A DNA stretch of 47,573 bases from the NCBI GenBank assembly GCA_013239625.1, contig MU053611.1:62001-109573 (forward strand), in the 5' to 3' direction. This DNA is from Lama guanicoe. Lineage: Eukaryota. Positions 26,100 through 38,647 of the stretch are shown piece by piece; the first letter of the stretch is position 1, and each line of letters begins with the position of its first letter. A program made the position numbers and the translations under genes. Below the pieces are notes generated by a model. It saw only the letters and a list, made by a program, of their open reading frames with translations. It ran no database searches and was not told where the DNA came from.

Positions 26100-26932
26100 G
26101 CTTCTCTGCCTCTCTCCTAGAGTCCTCCAAACCTGCTCTAATTCCAGTGAATTCTATGTCACTACATGGCCTTCTCAACATTCTCAGTTGCTGATAACAT
26201 CAACCTAAAATTTCTTCTTGAGTCATCCCTATTCTCATTGCCCACATCCAATCAGCCACCAACTCCTGTTCTCTTCTGTCCATTTCCACCATTTCAAACT
26301 GATCTCCATGCACCACATCTCAGGCCCTGAACCCACATCCCAATATCAATGCTTGCCTTACTCTAATACATTTCAACTCAGCTGCCAAAGTGAAACTTCA
26401 AAAATATATATCAGAGAGTTTTCTAAAATGCATTCCATTCTCCTGCTTAAAACTCTTCTCTGGCTTCCCATTTCTTGAAATACAAAGACCAAAATCTTTA
26501 AGTGAGCCACACTTGTGCCTGCCTACTCAACCTACCTCTGAAGTCTCATAGACAACTTCTCTTCTCGTTCAGTATGTAGCTACTATTTGAACTTCTCTTC
26601 TTTGTTATTAAACTTTCTAAGATCTTCCCTGAGTTATACAATTTCACTTTAGCACAAAATCATTCACTCTCGCAATCACAACCCCGCCCCCCCCTTTTTT
26701 TTAACTCTTCACTTATTACATTTCTAAATCTCAGTTTTGTTGTTGCAAGACTCCACTGACTTACGCGGATCTGCGTTGCATCTGTGCATTTGCATCATGG
26801 AGTGCAGACTGACCTTTATGTGCGATAAGTTCCATGAAGACAGGGGCTATATGTCTGTTCTGTCCCCAGAACCTGTCAATGTAATGAATGTGACATGGTA
26901 GTAAATATATGAATGAAGGAATAGATGAATGT
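26100..26932 (+). mobile_element. L2 3' fragment
   Basis: ctcctgcttaaaactcttctctggcttccc...aagttccatgaagacagggg...gaatgaaggaatagatgaatg. Confidence 0.7.
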
Positions 26933-27037
26933 GTTTTCGTCTCACCCTAAATCATCAGTGTTTACTCATAGTCTTTTCTCTCCTGTACGATTATGTCTAT
27001 GATACTGTTTGGTAGTAACAATTTCTTTCCTCCGTAG

Positions 27038-27284
27038 AGAGAACAGACTTTATCTGGCTTTATTCTTTCTGGAAGTTTTCAGTACCACACCAAATCCTGA
27101 ATTCAAGATTAGACTGGGGGAAACAATATGATTATAATTACCGTGCAACGAGCTTTCGTCCTCATCAGCGGAACACTGGAGGCGCAAGGGAAGGACATCA
27201 TCTCTAGACTTTCAGTTCTTTGCTAAAATGGCAACTTCTAGTCAATTATCCCCTACCATGTTATTTTAAATTGTCACTTCCCAC
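27038..27284 (+). pseudogene. Pseudo-exon, RGS-like domain
   Basis: atttctttcctccgtag|. ENRLYLALFFLEVFSTTPNPEFKIRLGETI and LEAQGKDIISRLSVLC*NGNF*SIIP resemble RGSL1 ...QHFLSVLL...NAIFRHLLGDRI... and LPLKSQTIQGLKELLPSGDVIPWIP. Confidence 0.6.
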
Positions 27285-27443
27285 GTATCATCATATTCTA
27301 GCCAGCTTGAGTCCTTTCTCTCATCATCGTTTGCTTCATTTAAGTGGAATTCCTAGGGTACTCTGGGCTCTACCTGACACTTCCTGTATCTCCTGTGTAC
27401 TTCTAAACTCCGTTCTACTTTTCTTGATCAGTTCTCTTTTCAG

Positions 27444-27520
27444 ACCTTAGAACCAAGCCTGGAGCTCACCTCTATATGTCAGATTCTTTTTCACACATGA
27501 TCTTTCACTGTTGACAATAG
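27444..27520 (+). pseudogene. Pseudo-exon (77 nt)
   Basis: gttctcttttcag|...ag|gtcagg. TLEPSLE.../HLYMSDSFSHMIF resembles MLSPWYDEFLDEEDYWFLLF. Confidence 0.5.
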
Positions 27521-27749
27521 GTCAGGGAATGTATAGTGGCTTTACCCCCCCCCCCATACTTGTGTTTTTCCTGGCTTCTAGCTAACTCCTGTCTCCTAGT
27601 CCTAATGCTCACTGGTGACTCACTATATGGTCAGAACATCGATGCTTGGTGTTCTCTGCACCAGATGCCTAGTTAAGGCTAAATCCTTAACAGATATTGG
27701 GGCACTCACTCCATGGTGTCTTTTCTAGCCATTCTTCTTGCATCTGTAG

Positions 27750-27912
27750 GGTAAAGTCTGAAGCTGTGTATTACTCATTGGGTTTATTGTGTGACGCAAA
27801 ATGTACTGTGGGATCCCCAAAAAAGAGTTGGGGAATGTTAGTTGGAGTTGACTGTGGGATGTTCACTGGGATATACTATGAAGTGACTGTGGAGATGCTT
27901 TGTCTGTGGAAG
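27750..27912 (+). pseudogene. Pseudo-exon (163 nt, frame still open)
   Basis: ttcttcttgcatctgtag|...aag|gtgggt. AVYYSLGLLCDAKCTVGSPKKSWGMLVGVD resembles RIQQSLELSQALADMKEMDYRQWRKIATED. Confidence 0.55.
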
Positions 27913-28585
27913 GTGGGTATCTGGTAGACAGAAGCAAATGAGGTCCCTGAGACACGAACAGATGCAGAAGTTACTGGGGCATCCTACTGGAATCAAATCA
28001 AATCTTTAGCTCTGAGTACCTTATAATGAGCCAAATCTCCATTGTCACATAATTTCTTAATTAGTCACTCATTCTGGCTTCCTTTTCTAAGCAGTCTATT
28101 ATTGATTGAGTTATTTTACTATTTAATTGTTATTCAAATTTTTATGGAATTGTACCTTGCCTCTTCCATTGTAATTTTTTGAAAGTAGGCACACCTCCAG
28201 CAACAGAGTACATCTCACCTTATAATGATCACTAAACACACACTAAATTGATTCAATACTCTTCCGTAACAACAATGACCACAGTACACCCTTGGGGAGG
28301 GTAGCTGGGGGTAGCATGAAGAAAGATGTCAAAGATTCACACTGAGCACTATTATAGGTCATATAATTTTATTTGCACATTTGTATATATTTGTGCATGC
28401 CTGCTAAGCAAGGCTATTCAGGAAATGCCACAAGGTCATTTAGAAAGCAACTGAAGGATGGAGAGGGAATAAATGATTTAATCAGTATCCTTAAAACCAG
28501 TTTATGCTTTTTTTTAAACTTTGCAAGTAGAAAATGATAAAAGCAGCACAGTTTCATTTTATTGTCATGCCTCTTGTCATTTCAG

Positions 28586-28768
28586 CAAATATATATATGC
28601 CAAATCTAATTTTAGGATAATATGTAAGCAATTCTAACTTGTCCCACAGTAAATCTCTGAACTCTATGGCAGCCAAGCTAAGAAATACAGAACACAGGCT
28701 GTTCCACTTCAAATTAAAGAAGTCGCCTTATTGAAAGGTTGCAAAGAGGTATTCTGTTGAGTGTACAG
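28586..28768 (+). pseudogene. Pseudo-exon
   Basis: cttgtcatttcag|. One frame reads SNFRIICKQF*...KEVALLKG, resembling DDYKIYCEKA...RKMSLLKR. Confidence 0.5.
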
Positions 28769-28834
28769 GTTTTTAAATGAGAGTTTACCACTCATCCTTC
28801 TTGCTTTTTTTCCTCGTTGATTTTTTAATACCAG

Positions 28835-28925
28835 AAATGCTTTCAAACTTGTACCAGAAAATGAATTTCTATAAAGGGCCACAGAGCTCCTTTGAGTAGC
28901 ATAAACAAGATGTTCGAGCAAGATG
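28835..28925 (+). pseudogene. Pseudo-exon
   Basis: Long pyrimidine tract then ataccag|...atg|gtatcc. (R)NAFKLVPENEFL*R resembles RNLTEVLL...REFLKER. Confidence 0.5.
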
Positions 28926-29149
28926 GTATCCGTGGACACAGCAGCATGTCTTTAATTGGATATACGTGCATTTGCTTTTTACCACTCTTGTCTATTGTAA
29001 TGTTTCTGTGCTTCCAAGGACATTTCTTAAAAATTAAAATAATACTGAAAGAAATTTCACTGGAAAGTGAGCTACCGCCCTACAGGACACTTGAATTCTT
29101 AACCTAGAAAATGGGCATTAGTTGATACAAACCTGATAACTCCCATTTC

Positions 29150-29490
29150 AGCAAACACCTTGACTTGTCTTACATTTATTTATATTCCCCCACGTCCTTG
29201 GGTAATAGCTTTTAATCATTGGCCTGCTGCTCTTTTCTCTATGTATACTCCTTCCCTTAGATACCTCTTTTATTTCCAAAGCTTTGATCTCACTTCTGTA
29301 CATACAGCTCCCAAATCTTTATCAACATCAACTTACTTCTGTACTCCAGAGACATAGCTATATGTACCTAGTGGACATTTCTTACTACAAACCTACTCAT
29401 CTCTTCAATTTCAAATGTCAAGGCCTAAAGTCAATATTGTATCTACCCATCTTCACTCTTTTCAAAATTTCCTAATTACTGTTGAGAGTA
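29150..29490 (+). mobile_element. L2 fragment
   Basis: ctctatgtatactccttcccttagat...cagctcccaaatctttatc...cctagtggacatttct. Confidence 0.6.
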
Positions 29491-29920
29491 CTATGGAGCG
29501 GAGCTGTGGATCAAGATGGTGATAATAAGAGAAGGAATCCTGGAGCCAGTTCAATGTAATCAATCTGATGTGCAATGAACAATGGAAGTTATAAAAGATG
29601 TCCAACTTAGACATTGATCTGTGCCAGGAACACATCCATTCTCTTCATTTGACCAAGTTAGTAATACACTTTCCCAGTGATACCACCTCTCTCTCTCTCC
29701 TTTTATCTGAACCCAAATGTCACTGTAGTTTTAACCATCACTTCTTGTATCTTCTAGATGACATTTTTAGTAAGAAAGGTTAAGAACTTACTAGATATTG
29801 TTTTTAGCTAAAAAAAAAGTCTTTCTAATAAGTGTCTGAAGAATTAAAAGTCCTCCATCATTTCTATATAATGCCTTAGAACCAAGTGCACTGTTTCTGC
29901 AGTTTCTTTTTTTCATTTAG

Positions 29921-30085
29921 GTGGAAATATACGTAGAATTTTCTCAAGGAACTAGACTTTTTAATAGAGAATATTTTTCTCAAGACATTCCAATTCCATT
30001 CCTTCAAGATCAATGATGGAAAAGGAAGAATATTCACCATATTTTATTATGATTTCAAACTCAAATAATAATTTTCTATGAATTT
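29921..30085 (+). pseudogene. Pseudo-exon; 3' boundary uncertain
   Basis: tttctttttttcatttag|...|gtatgt. LIENIFLKTFQ resembles RGSL1 LIENVIKTFFQ. Confidence 0.55.
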
Positions 30086-30106
30086 GTATGTACCTACTAG
30101 GCACCA

Positions 30107-30305
30107 GCAAGATGTAGTGGAAAAAGCATGGCTGTTGTACTCAGCACATCTGGCTTTAAATACTAAGTCCACCAGAAATCCTAGGTCCACAACCTACTTG
30201 CAGAATTACCTCAGACAAGTCATTTAACTCTGTGAAGATAAGGTTTCTTTATTTTTGAAGTGAGGATAATAGTGCCTATCTTATGAGTTCATTTTAAGGG
30301 TTACA
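30107..30305 (+). mobile_element. MIR SINE
   Basis: gtagtggaaaaagcatggct...cctcagacaagtcatttaactctgtg...tgaggataatagtgcctatct. Confidence 0.7.
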
Positions 30306-30879
30306 GGCAAATGGTTCTAACTATCTTCCCAATTTATTTTTGGTGAATAATTCTTAGCATTCCTCCCATGATGAGTTTTCATCTCACAGCATACAAGAGG
30401 TCATCTGTTTTTAATTCACTCATTCATTGAACCAACATTTATTGGGCACAGGTGAGTACCAGGAGCTGTGCTAGGCAACTGATAAGAAAGATGCAAACTC
30501 TTATAAAAGAGGTCCAAGTTTAAGTGGGGAAGTAAACAAGAAAAAAAATTAGAAAAATAGGATAAATACTTTAATTGAAGTATCCACAAGGTTACCACAC
30601 TCTTTACAATAATAGATTTCCCAGAGCTATTTGGACGTTTTCTTCCTTATGACTGGTCAGGTCTCCTATCCAAGTCCTTACTCCCAGGCTTCAAGAGATG
30701 CTTTCCATTAAATTATAATTCTTCTTTTCTGGGTTCTTAAGAAATGGATGAGAAACGTCAATTTTGTTTTTTATTAGCACTGAGACTCACACAGAAACAA
30801 GATTTAGAGATCAAGGATATGTGTCATCCAGCAAACTGCTGGAGGCTGTGTTGACACTGAAAAGGTTCATCTGATTATA

Positions 30880-32030
30880 TTTTCAGAGCATCTTTACTGA
30901 AGTATAATTGACACACAATAAACTGCACATATTTAAAGCATACAACTTGGTAATTCTGAAATAGGTATGTACCTGTGAAACACTTGCTAGAATCACAATA
31001 ATGAATATATTTATCATCCTTTAAGTCTCCTTCTGCTGCTTTGTGATTCCTCCCACCTGCCCCTCCCTGTCCACATCTCCTCATCCCCAAGCAATCACTC
31101 ATCTGCTTTCAGCCACTTATATATTAATTTGCATTTTCTGGAATATTATATAAATGGAATTAACAGTATGTACACTTTTGTCTGGCTTTTTCACTTAGCA
31201 TGATTATTTTGAGATTCATTCATGTATTTTGATGTATCAGTAGCTCAGGTCTTGTAATTAGTAATATTCTGTGTGGATATACCACAATTTATTTATCCAT
31301 TCTGGGTTGTTTTCAGTTTGGGGTGATTATAAATAAAACTGCTATAAATATTCATGTATATACCTCTGTATGGACATATGCTTCTATTTCTTTTGGATAA
31401 ATACCTATGAAGTGCGATGCATAGGTAATTTGGTAGATACATATTTAATTTTGTAAGTTGTTGTCCAACTATCTCGCAAAGTGTTATGCATTTCCACCAG
31501 CAGAGTGTGAGTGTTCCTGTTTCTCTACATCCTCAACAATAGTTGATATGGTCAGACTTTTTAATTTTAGTTATTCTAACAGATATATATTAGTACTTAA
31601 TGTAGTTTTAATTTGCTTTTTCCTAATGGGTAATGATGCTGGACATTTTTCAAGTGATTATTTGTCATGTGTTTCTTTGGTGTTTCTTTGTCTTTCAAAG
31701 TCATTTGCCCACTTTTTATGTCTTTGTGTATTCTGGATACAACTCCTTTATTAGATATGTGATTTGTAATTATTTTCTCTCCATCTGTAGCTTGAATGTG
31801 TGATTTTTGAAAACAAAATTTTCTTAATTTGGTAAAGTCCAACGTATCGGGGTTTTTTTGCTTGTTGTTTTCTTTTTAAATTCTGGAGCTGCATATAAAA
31901 AACTGTTGAGTACCCCAAGGTCACAGAGATTTTCTACTATATTCTCTTTAAGATGTTTTTATAGTTTTAACTTTTACATTTAGGTCTATGGTATGTCTTG
32001 ATTTAATTTTTATACATGAGGTGTGGTTTA
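30880..32030 (-). mobile_element. L1MD-type 3' end
   Basis: ctttactgaagtataattgacacacaataaactgcacatatttaaag...tttacatttaggtctatg. Confidence 0.85.
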
Positions 32031-32049
32031 ATAGCCAGAATTCCTAACA

Positions 32050-32282
32050 CATTTGACCCTTGAACAACACTGGTTTAAACTGCAGGGGTCTACTTATAAG
32101 CAGATTTTTTTTTTTCAACGAAGACTCACTCCAGTCTTACATGATCTGTAATCTGCCTTGTTGGTTGAATCTTCAGATGAGAAGCCATGGATACAGAAGG
32201 CTCAATGTAAAGTTATACACAGATTTTTTACAGTATGGAAGGTCACAGCCCCTAATCTCCCACATCATTTGAGGGTCAACTG
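32050..32282. mobile_element. Tigger2a/MER8-type MITE (TcMar-Tigger)
   Basis: Terminal inverted repeats catttgacccttgaacaac ... tttgagggtcaactg. Confidence 0.8.
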
Positions 32283-32295
32283 TGCTGTGTTCTAG

Positions 32296-32355
32296 CCACT
32301 ATACTTTATGTTATAATATGATAAGCAAATTTAGGGAGTATGGGAAAATGGAAAG
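32296..32355 (+). pseudogene. Pseudo-exon (60 nt)
   Basis: gttctag|...aag|gtaaga. Reads HYTLCYNMISKFREYGKME. Confidence 0.4.
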
Positions 32356-32757
32356 GTAAGAAAAATAAATAGAATCATGATAGAAAAAAGTTGTAATAAG
32401 CTTGACTGATGACATATGTTGGATCCAATGAATTAAGTGAATTGGTAGCAGAAACAAGTATGGACAAAATAAATCAGTAATTTTTAGTGATCTTAAGAGC
32501 AATAATAATAAACCATTTCATTAACAGATATATTATTTTGCTACAGTATTAGCATGATACACAGAGTCATTCACAGTCTGTCCTCATCTTCTTTGCCAAC
32601 TTTTCTAAACTTACTCTTCATGAATTCTAATTTATTAATCCCTCACGGATTCATACTTTTCTTTAGCATGCTGTACTTTTTCTTCAAATTTCATGCATTG
32701 AAAGCCATGGACTGATGTCATTCTCTTTCAACTCAGACATTCCTAATCATCTAAGTT

Positions 32758-33419
32758 CATTGTAAAGACTTCTGCCTTCACAGAAGTCACTTTTCTGTTG
32801 GCAAAGTGAGTTGATACTTCTCTGTCTCTAGCACCTGGAGCACACTTGTTACCGCACTGTGTGTGCTGGAAGTGTTCAGCTTCCCTACACCACACTGCAT
32901 TGTGAACACTTCAAGTAGAAAGGACAGGGCTCATTAAGGAAGAGGAACATAGGATAGTGAGAAGATTAAAAAACTCAGCTTTTGTTCTTTCTTTTTTTAA
33001 ATTAATGATAAAGAAGATAAGGTGTGTATACACACACACACACACTGGAAGTAGTAACTCAGCCTCACAAAGGATGACATCTTTTCATTTCTGACAACAT
33101 GGATGGATCTTGAAGGTATTACACTAAATGAAACAAGTCAAACATCACCCCATTGTAAAGATTTCTGCCTTCACAGAAGTCACTTTTCTGTTGGCAGAGT
33201 GAGTTGATACTTCTCTGTCTCTAGCACCTGGAGCACACTTGTTACCGCACTGTGTGTGCTGGAAGTGTTCAGCTTCCCTACACCACACTGCATTGTGAAC
33301 ACTTCAAGTAGAAAGGACAGGGCTCATTAAGGAAGAGGAACATAGGATAGTGAGAAGATTAAAAAACTCAGCTTTTGTTCTTTCTTTTTTTAAATGAATG
33401 ATAAAGAAGATAAGGTGTG

Positions 33420-33450
<31 letters not shown>

Positions 33451-33545
33451 TGGAAGTAGTAACTCAGCCTCAAAAAGGATGACATCTTTTCATTTCTGAC
33501 AACATGGATGGATCTTGAAGGTATTACACTAAATGAAACAAGTCA
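32758..33545 (+). repeat. Slightly diverged tandem duplication (32758-33140 / 33151-33545) with a 10-nt spacer
   Basis: Direct alignment shows about 4 substitutions plus different T-run and (CA)n lengths. The spacer is aacatcaccc. Confidence 0.92.
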
Positions 33546-33846
33546 GATGGAGAAAGACAAATACCGTATGATTTCATTCATATGTGAAATACAAAAAACA
33601 AATACAATAAACGAACAAACAAAAACAAACATGCAGACACAAAGAACAGAGCAGTGGTTACCAGAGGAGAAAGGATGAGGGGAGGGTGAAATGGGTAAAG
33701 GGCTCAACCGTATGGTGACAGACCAAAACTGAATTTTTGGTGGTAGGCATGTTATGAGTGTATACAAATGTAGAAATATAAAATCGTATGTATGAAATGT
33801 ATATATTATAAACCAATTTTATATCAATAAAAATAAATTTTAAAAA
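33392..33846 (+). mobile_element. Laurasiatherian-type L1 3' end with (CA)n
   Basis: acaacatggatggatcttgaaggtatt...agtggttaccagagg...tcaataaaaataaa. Partial copies at about 33000-33140 and 35835-36065. Confidence 0.85.
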
Positions 33847-34091
33847 TCCCCAACCCTCTGCTTGTAAACAATTGAATGGACTGAGGGACATTATTTGTAG
33901 AGAATTTCGCAGGGGCTAGGTTATCTGAAGGACTCTGTGTGTGGAAATGGGATCAGACTTCATAGATGCAGATACTTTTTAGGGACACAAAATAGATATA
34001 TTTCAGGTCATTATAAAAAGGAGTTTGCTTTTATACAGTTAAACTTGCCTGAAGTAATGATCTATTTTAAGAAGCTTACTCCTGTTAACAG

Positions 34092-34154
34092 TTTGTTCAA
34101 TATATGATCTATAATTATTTGGCAGCGATGTTACAGATGAAATTAAAACATTTG
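34092..34154 (+). pseudogene. Pseudo-exon (63 nt); duplicate at 36311-36373
   Basis: cctgttaacag|...ttg|gtgagt. Confidence 0.5.
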
Positions 34155-34425
34155 GTGAGTCTAGATAGAAGTCTATCTATTAAAATTTGCAATTATTTAA
34201 ATTTGGAAACTTGAACTCTTTATTCAGACCTTGTCCAAGACTGGCAGATGTTTCACAAATGTCTTTCCTTTCCTTTATTTTCCCCTGCTTGCTTTCCATC
34301 ATTTTCCATTTCACTGCCATTAGCCAGCCCTAAATGAAAGAATTCCAGCAATTAATGCAGCTTAGCTTCTTAACGGGGATGTCTACATCCAACTTGTGTC
34401 TGTTTTAATTTATTATTTCTAACAG

Positions 34426-34505
34426 AGAGATGTTTTGAAGACTTCCATGAACTTATTCCCTCTAACCTACAGAATCATGGTTGATGACTAGAAGTTATTG
34501 GGCAT
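34426..34505 (+). pseudogene. Pseudo-exon; duplicate at 36645-36724
   Basis: ttattatttctaacag|. RCFEDFHELIP resembles RGSL1 KWFKDYQDLFP. Confidence 0.5.
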
Positions 34506-34519
34506 GTATTAATTGCTTC

Positions 34520-35015
34520 CACCATCCACTATTCATCTCATTTAGCCTTCGCAACAGTCCTCTGAGGTATTAGTAATATCCTTATTTTATATCCAAGGAA
34601 ACTTGCCCAAGGTCATGTAACTAGTAAGCAATGAAGATGGGAATCTTCCTGGTCTGATTCCAAAACTAAACCGTTAAACATTCTCCACCTTCTCCCCAAA
34701 CACCTTATTCTGACTCCCAGTAGCTGTATTTGGTTCACACTGTTTATCCACCCTGATTTTCCACTGGTTATTGTCCTATATTAACTTATTTCAGATGAGG
34801 CAATCAGTTCACTATCCTCTGAATGTTTCTCATATATTCTTCATATAATATGATAATTTTCTTAGTTTTTCTCAACTTTAGTTTCCTCTTCAGTAAAAAA
34901 AAAAAAGTATACTACTACTACTTACTTCATAAGGCTCTTGTGAGAGTTAGATGAGAAAACCTTGCATAAAGTATAGACCAGGCACATAGTAAGCTTTCAG
35001 TTATTAGCTGTCATC
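34520..35015. mobile_element. Two MIR remnants (about 34520-34690 minus, about 34860-35015 plus); duplicated at about +2219
   Basis: aacttgcccaaggtcatgtaactagtaag; tttagtttcctcttcagtaaaa...cacatagtaagct. Confidence 0.65.
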
Positions 35016-37844
35016 ATCCTCACAATTACTGTTTACATATTCTAGTAATAATTTATAAAGGGGGAATTTTATTATATTTTAGAAATGTATAATAAAAAAG
35101 CACCATACAAATTCACATTTGAACCTGGCAGGTGTTCATAAATACATTGTAATACTATTGTGAAGGGGATCCATGAATGTAGATCCACTGAGTTATTGCT
35201 AGGCTACCTTGCAAAGGTGCCTTCTACAAAAATTCCTTTGACTTTCACTTATTTAAATTAGCCTACATTAAAAGACTGCTCTGTTATGTTTATTGCTTAA
35301 GGTAGTATTAGTGCAACTTAGTAGATTCAAATATTCTGCACAGAATTTTAACTAAAAACTAAATTTCAAGATAATTTGGCACTTGGTTTTAAGGAAAATG
35401 AAAACAAATTGATGAATCTTAACATTATAAAAATAAATGGCAAAGGTATCGGAATCATTAGAAAAATGTTTAGTAAACATGTATTCTGAATTAAAGACTG
35501 TAAAGGACTTATTTTAAACATTTTGTTTTCTTTAAAGAAACCTAGTCTTTGGGGTAAAATGAAAGAAAAAAACCAGTAACTTAGTAGAAGTTTACATTCT
35601 TGGATCTTTTATATTTTCTCCATTAGGAGGCTTAAAGCATGAAACATTAACTTACAAATAAAAGGAAACACAAAGATACATCAAGTAGTTACAAAAAGCA
35701 ATGGAGCAAGATGTTGAGGTAAAATTGGCTGGAGACTGATGTCGGAAGGATCAAAAGCAGAAAGATTCGGGCCTCAGAAAGTGCAATCAGAGACTGTCAA
35801 ATTTCACTGATATCTCAATGCAGCGTGCAGATTAAATAAACAAACAAACATGCAGACACAGAGAACAGAGCAGTGGTTACCAGAGGAGAAAGGATGAGGG
35901 GAGGGTGAAATGGGTAAATGGCTCAACTGTATGGTGACAGACCAAGACTGAATTTTTGGTGGTGGGCATGTTATGAGTGTATACAAATGTAGAAATATAA
36001 TATCGTATGTATGAAATGTATATATTATAAACCAATTTTATATCAATAAAAATAAATTTTAAAAATCCCCAACCCTCCGCTTGTAAACAATTGAATGGGC
36101 TGAGGGACATTATTTGTAGAGAATTTCACAGGGGCTAGGTTATCTGAAGGACTCTGTGTGTGGAAATGGGATCAGACTTCATAGATGCAGATACTTTTTA
36201 GGGACACAAAATAGATATATTTCAGGTCATTATAAAAAGGAGTTTGCTTTTATACAGTTAAACTTGCCTGAAGTAATGATCTATTTTAAGAAGCTTACTC
36301 CTGTTAACAGTTTGTTCAATATATGATCTATAATTATTTGGCAGCGATGTTACAGATGAAATTAAAACATTTGGTGAGTCTAGATAGAAGTCTATCTATT
36401 AAAATTTGCAATTATTTAAATTTGGAAACTTGAACTCTTTATTCAGACCTTGTCCAAGACTGGCAGATGTTTCACAAATGTCTTTCCTTTCCTTTATTTT
36501 CCCCTGCTTGCTTTCCATCATTTTCCATTTCACTGCCATTAGCCAGCCCTAAATGAAAGAATTCCAGCAATTAATGCAGCTTAGCTTCTTAACGGGGATG
36601 TCTACATCCAACTTGTGTCTGTTTTAATTTATTATTTCTAACAGAGAGATGTTTTGAAGACTTCCATGAACTTATTCCCTCTAACCTACAGAATCATGGT
36701 TGATGACTAGAAGTTATTGGGCATGTATTAATTGCTTCCACCATCCACTATTCATCTCATTTAGCCTTCGCAACAGTCCTCTGAGGTATTAGTAATATCC
36801 TTATTTTATATCCAAGGAAACTTGCCCAAGGTCATGTAACTAGTAAGCAATGAAGATGGGAATCTTCCTGGTCTGATTCCAAAACTAAACCGTTAAACAT
36901 TCTCCACCTTCTCCCCAAACACCTTATTCTGACTCCCAGTAGCTGTATTTGGTTCACACTGTTTATCCACCCTGATTTTCCACTGGTTATTGTCCTATAT
37001 TAACTTATTTCAGATGAGGCAATCAGTTCACTATCCTCTGAATGTTTCTCATATATTCTTCATATAATATGATAATTTTCTTAGTTTTTCTCAACTTTAG
37101 TTTCCTCTTCAGTAAAAAAAAAAAGTATACTACTACTACTTACTTCATAAGGCTCTTGTGAGAGTTAGATGAGAAAACCTTGCATAAAGTATAGACCAGG
37201 CACATAGTAAGCTTTCAGTTATTAGCTGTCATCATCCTCACAATTACTGTTTACATATTCTAGTAATAATTTATAAAGGGGGAATTTTATTATATTTTAG
37301 AAATGTATAATAAAAAAGCACCATACAAATTCACATTTGAACCTGGCAGGTGTTCATAAATACATTGTAATACTATTGTGAAGGGGATCCATGAATGTAG
37401 ATCCACTGAGTTATTGCTAGGCTACCTTGCAAAGGTGCCTTCTACAAAAATTCCTTTGACTTTCACTTATTTAAATTAGCCTACATTAAAAGACTGCTCT
37501 GTTATGTTTATTGCTTAAGGTAGTATTAGTGCAACTTAGTAGATTCAAATATTCTGCACAGAATTTTAACTAAAAACTAAATTTCAAGATAATTTGGCAC
37601 TTGGTTTTAAGGAAAATGAAAACAAATTGATGAATCTTAACATTATAAAAATAAATGGCAAAGGTATCGGAATCATTAGAAAAATGTTTAGTAAACATGT
37701 ATTCTGAATTAAAGACTGTAAAGGACTTATTTTAAACATTTTGTTTTCTTTAAAGAAACCTAGTCTTTGGGGTAAAATGAAAGAAAAAAACCAGTAACTT
37801 AGTAGAAGTTTACATTCTTGGATCTTTTATATTTTCTCCATTAG

Positions 37845-38117
37845 GAGGCTTAAAGCATGAAACATTAACTTACAAATAAAAGGAAACACAAAGATACATC
37901 AAGTAGTTACAAAAAGCAATGGAGCAAGATGTTGAGGTAAAATTGGCTGGAGACTGATGTCGGAAGGATCAAAAGCAGAAAGATTCGGGCCTCAGAAAGT
38001 GCAATCAGAGACTGTCAAATTTCACTGATATCTCAATGCAGCGTGCAGATTGATGGATGCTACCAACGATATATCAATGGAAATGTCTTTGGCAATACTG
38101 GATATGTTTTTATCAGT
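37845..38117 (+). pseudogene. Pseudo-exon (273 nt); truncated duplicate at 35627-35833
   Basis: atattttctccattag|...agt|gtaagg. TVKFH*YLNA and YINGNVFGN resemble RQEFEDYLHQ and LVKRRIFGH. Confidence 0.5.
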
Positions 38118-38647
38118 GTAAGGGAGGATGTCTGTAAAGATTGATACATTTTGTAGTCTTCTCTCATTGTTCATAAGTGCTTCTGATCATCAGTTACAGG
38201 GCCTGTGCCTCGTTCCCTTTGTGACTTCTATTTGGAAATGGTATATGAGCATGGTTTACCTGCTTTTCCACCTATTTGCCATGCCTCATGGTTTCAGGTT
38301 ATACTATAGGAAGTGTGTGAGTGTGTGTGCACGTGAATGTGTGTTTACGCACATGTACATGATATGTGCACGCATGTGCATTTTTTCTTGTTCTTACTGG
38401 AGTCATTGCCTGCAATTTTTGGTTTCCATGCAGGTGACCAAATAGCCTATTGTCAGATATACGCAAAATACATTATTAGCAACAAAAGATAGATTTTTAG
38501 GTCACTCATGTGCTATATATGCTGGAAAAGACTATCTATGATACCTGTGTGCCATAAAATACCAAGAATATAATATGTTCATCTATGTGCTTAACTGTGA
38601 TACAAAATAAGAAAGCACTTTCAAGTCTTTTTTTTTTTTAAATAAAG

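Larger units (their letters stand above)
33615..38051 (+). repeat. Tandem duplication, period about 2219 (about 33615-35833 / 35835-38051)
   Basis: ORFs 33658 and 35877 are near-identical. Both units end in gcgtgcagatt. Confidence 0.95.

Noticed and set aside
37874..38131. Minus-strand exon-like segment with a faint BPI-fold-like translation
   Set aside because: Stops in all frames and isolated. It overlaps the plus-strand pseudo-exon. It could still be used by an antisense RNA.
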